From assembly GCA_037720695.1 (NCBI GenBank), contig JBBJLY010000001.1, positions 55,878 to 119,877 on the forward strand: DNA of 64,000 nt, written 5' to 3'. The DNA is from Kofleriaceae bacterium. Lineage in GTDB: Bacteria > Myxococcota_A > Polyangia > Haliangiales > Haliangiaceae. The position numbers and the translations under genes are program-made. This document shows, one piece after another, positions 62,345 to 64,000 of this stretch; positions within the stretch are counted from its first letter, which is position 1, and each line of letters opens with the position of its first letter. The notes beneath the pieces were generated by a model that saw only the letters and a program-made list of their open reading frames with translations, searched no databases and was not told where the DNA came from.

Positions 62345-64000
62345 ATGGCGCATCGTGTCGTGGTGGACTGCGACGACGTCATGCTCGCGATCGCGAATCG
62401 CGATCACGCGACGTTGACCGGCGCGGAGGAGACGCGGTTGCACGCGCACCTGGCGCGGTGCGAAGCGTGTCGCGTCCTCGAGGGCGAGGTCGACGATTGC
62501 TGGGGCTGGGTCACGCACGAGCCGACAGAGATCGCGATGGCGGTCGTCGAGCGCGCGCGGTTCGAGCTCGGCGCCGAGATCGCAGCCGGCGGGATGGGCC
62601 GGATCACCAGGGCCACCGACCGCCGGCTCGACCGCGAGGTCGCGATCAAGGAGGTACTCGACCCGCGGCTGCGCGCGCGGTTCGATCGCGAGGTCCGGAT
62701 CACCGCGCGCCTGCAACATCCGGCGATCGTCCCGATCTACGAGGCCGGCACGTGGCCAGACGGGGCGGCGTTCTACACCATGCGCCTGGTCCCGGGTGGC
62801 ACGCTGGCGGAGGCGATCGCGCGTCGGCAGACGCTCTCCGAACGCCTCGCGCTGTTGCCCCACGTGATCGCCGTGACCGAGGCCCTCGCGTACGCCCACT
62901 CGCGCCGGATCATCCATCGCGACCTCAAGCCGGGGAACATCCTGGTCGGCGAGTTCGGCGAGACGGTCGTGATCGACTGGGGACTCGCGAAGGAGCTCGA
63001 CGCCGAATCCGCCCGCGACGAGCTCGCGGGGATCGCCGAGCCGGCCACGAACGGCCTGACCCGCGTGGGCTCGGTGCTCGGGACCCCTGGCTTCATGGCA
63101 CCCGAGCAGGCCGCCGGGACGCACGACACGGTCGACGAGCGTGCCGATGTCTACGCGCTCGGTGCGATCCTCTACACCGTGCTGGCCGGATCACCGCCGC
63201 ACCACGACGAGCTTCCGCACGACAACGGCGATCTGATCCTCGAGCTCTCGCTGATCAAGCCGCCGACCCCGCTCGCGACTCGCGTCCCCGACCTGCCGCG
63301 CGACCTGTCCGCCATCGTCGAGCGCGCGATGTCGCGTCGCCGCGAGGAGCGCTATCCCACCGCGAAGGAGATGGCGGAGGAGCTGCGCCGGTTCGCCGCC
63401 GGCCAGCTGGTCGCGACGCACGACTACAGCCTGCGCGAGCTACTCGGACGCTGGCTCCGCAGGCACCGCACAGCCGTCACGGTCGGCGCGGTCATGCTGG
63501 TCGCGCTCGCGATCGTCGGCGTGCTCGCAGTTGTTGGCGTCACGCGCTCGCGCGATGCCGAGCAGCGGGCACGGTTCGCGGCCGAGACCGGCTTCGCGAC
63601 CAGCGAGCGCAGCGTGGCGTCGCTGCTCGAGGAGCAAGGGCGCTACGAGGTCCTCGAGGGCGACCGCGGGCGCGGCCTCGCCTTCCTCGCCGAGGCGGTG
63701 CAACGCGGGCGCGATGGCGTCGCGATCCGCCAGCTGCTCGGGACCGCGACCCGGAACCTCGATCTGCTCGAGTCCTCGCTCGCGTTTCCTGACGGCGTGC
63801 TGACGATCGGGTTCGCGCGCACGGGAGAGCTCGTGGTCGTCGAGGCCGAGCCTCGGATCCGGGTGTGGAATGGCAGCAAGCAGATCCGGACGATGGCGCT
63901 CGACGACGCACCACATGCCGCCACGCTGAGCGACGATGGTCAGTACGCCGCGGTCGTCGGTGCCGATCCGGCGATCGACGTCTGGGACACCAGCCGGGGC
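62345..64000 (+). CDS. anti-sigma (zf-HC2/ZAS-like) N-terminal domain fused to a Ser/Thr kinase, a TM segment and WD40-like repeats; 3' end outside the window
   Basis: Open from ATG 62345 to the window end (552 codons, translated by hand), and absent from the ORF track because it has no stop. 'HAHLARCEACR' (H-x3-C-x2-C). 'AAGGMGRI', 'VAIK', 'HRDLKPGNIL', 'DWGLA' and 'GTPGFMAPE'. TM segment 'AVTVGAVMLVALAIVGVLAVVGV'. 'IRVWN' and 'IDVWD'. Confidence 0.8.
   Translation, partial: MAHRVVVDCDDVMLAIANRDHATLTGAEETRLHAHLARCEACRVLEGEVDDCWGWVTHEPTEIAMAVVERARFELGAEIAAGGMGRITRATDRRLDREVAIKEVLDPRLRARFDREVRITARLQHPAIVPIYEAGTWPDGAAFYTMRLVPGGTLAEAIARRQTLSERLALLPHVIAVTEALAYAHSRRIIHRDLKPGNILVGEFGETVVIDWGLAKELDAESARDELAGIAEPATNGLTRVGSVLGTPGFMAPEQAAGTHDTVDERADVYALGAILYTVLAGSPPHHDELPHDNGDLILELSLIKPPTPLATRVPDLPRDLSAIVERAMSRRREERYPTAKEMAEELRRFAAGQLVATHDYSLRELLGRWLRRHRTAVTVGAVMLVALAIVGVLAVVGVTRSRDAEQRARFAAETGFATSERSVASLLEEQGRYEVLEGDRGRGLAFLAEAVQRGRDGVAIRQLLGTATRNLDLLESSLAFPDGVLTIGFARTGELVVVEAEPRIRVWNGSKQIRTMALDDAPHAATLSDDGQYAAVVGADPAIDVWDTSRG

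Noticed and set aside
62458-63792. 444-aa track ORF in the region of the 3'-terminal kinase.
   Set aside because: It is an Arg-rich shadow frame. The adjacent frame starting at 62345 has complete Hanks kinase motifs and is open to the window end.

Overview
High-GC (about 70%) chromosomal window. The content suggests a myxobacterium-like genome (Myxococcota), but that is inference only: three eukaryote-like Ser/Thr kinases plus a RIO-type kinase, an FHA/sigma-54 activator, an ADYC lipoprotein next to an ECF sigma factor, a MopE-type Cys-rich motif, and many lipobox proteins. I support about 58 protein-coding genes and found no rRNA, tRNA, CRISPR array or mobile element. Recognisable content includes an SOS-type cassette (dinB, a VOC protein, a radical-SAM DNA-repair protein and a DUF4130-UDG fusion) behind a LexA-box-like palindrome. 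It also includes a Upf1-like SF1 helicase, three or four ECF-type sigma factors, two response regulators, a PAS-PAS-GAF histidine kinase, cfa, a nitrilase, a crotonase, a GST, a di-haem peroxidase and a beta-lactamase-fold hydrolase. The most unusual locus is the minus-strand operon 44785->38676. Its first gene encodes a ~733-aa single-chain protein made of an RpoB C-terminal-like part, an RpoC N-terminal-like part with degenerate catalytic motifs, and an RNAP alpha-CTD. Two paralogous ATP-grasp ligases and an AMP-dependent synthetase follow it. A second general observation is that about 25 apparent +/-1 frameshifts break about 14 otherwise well-conserved genes, and they are clustered, while other long genes are intact. 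These are either assembly indels or real gene decay. One 552-aa kinase ORF at the 3' edge (62345..64000) is missing from the supplied ORF track because it has no stop codon in the window. All family assignments come from motif recognition by eye; no searches were run.
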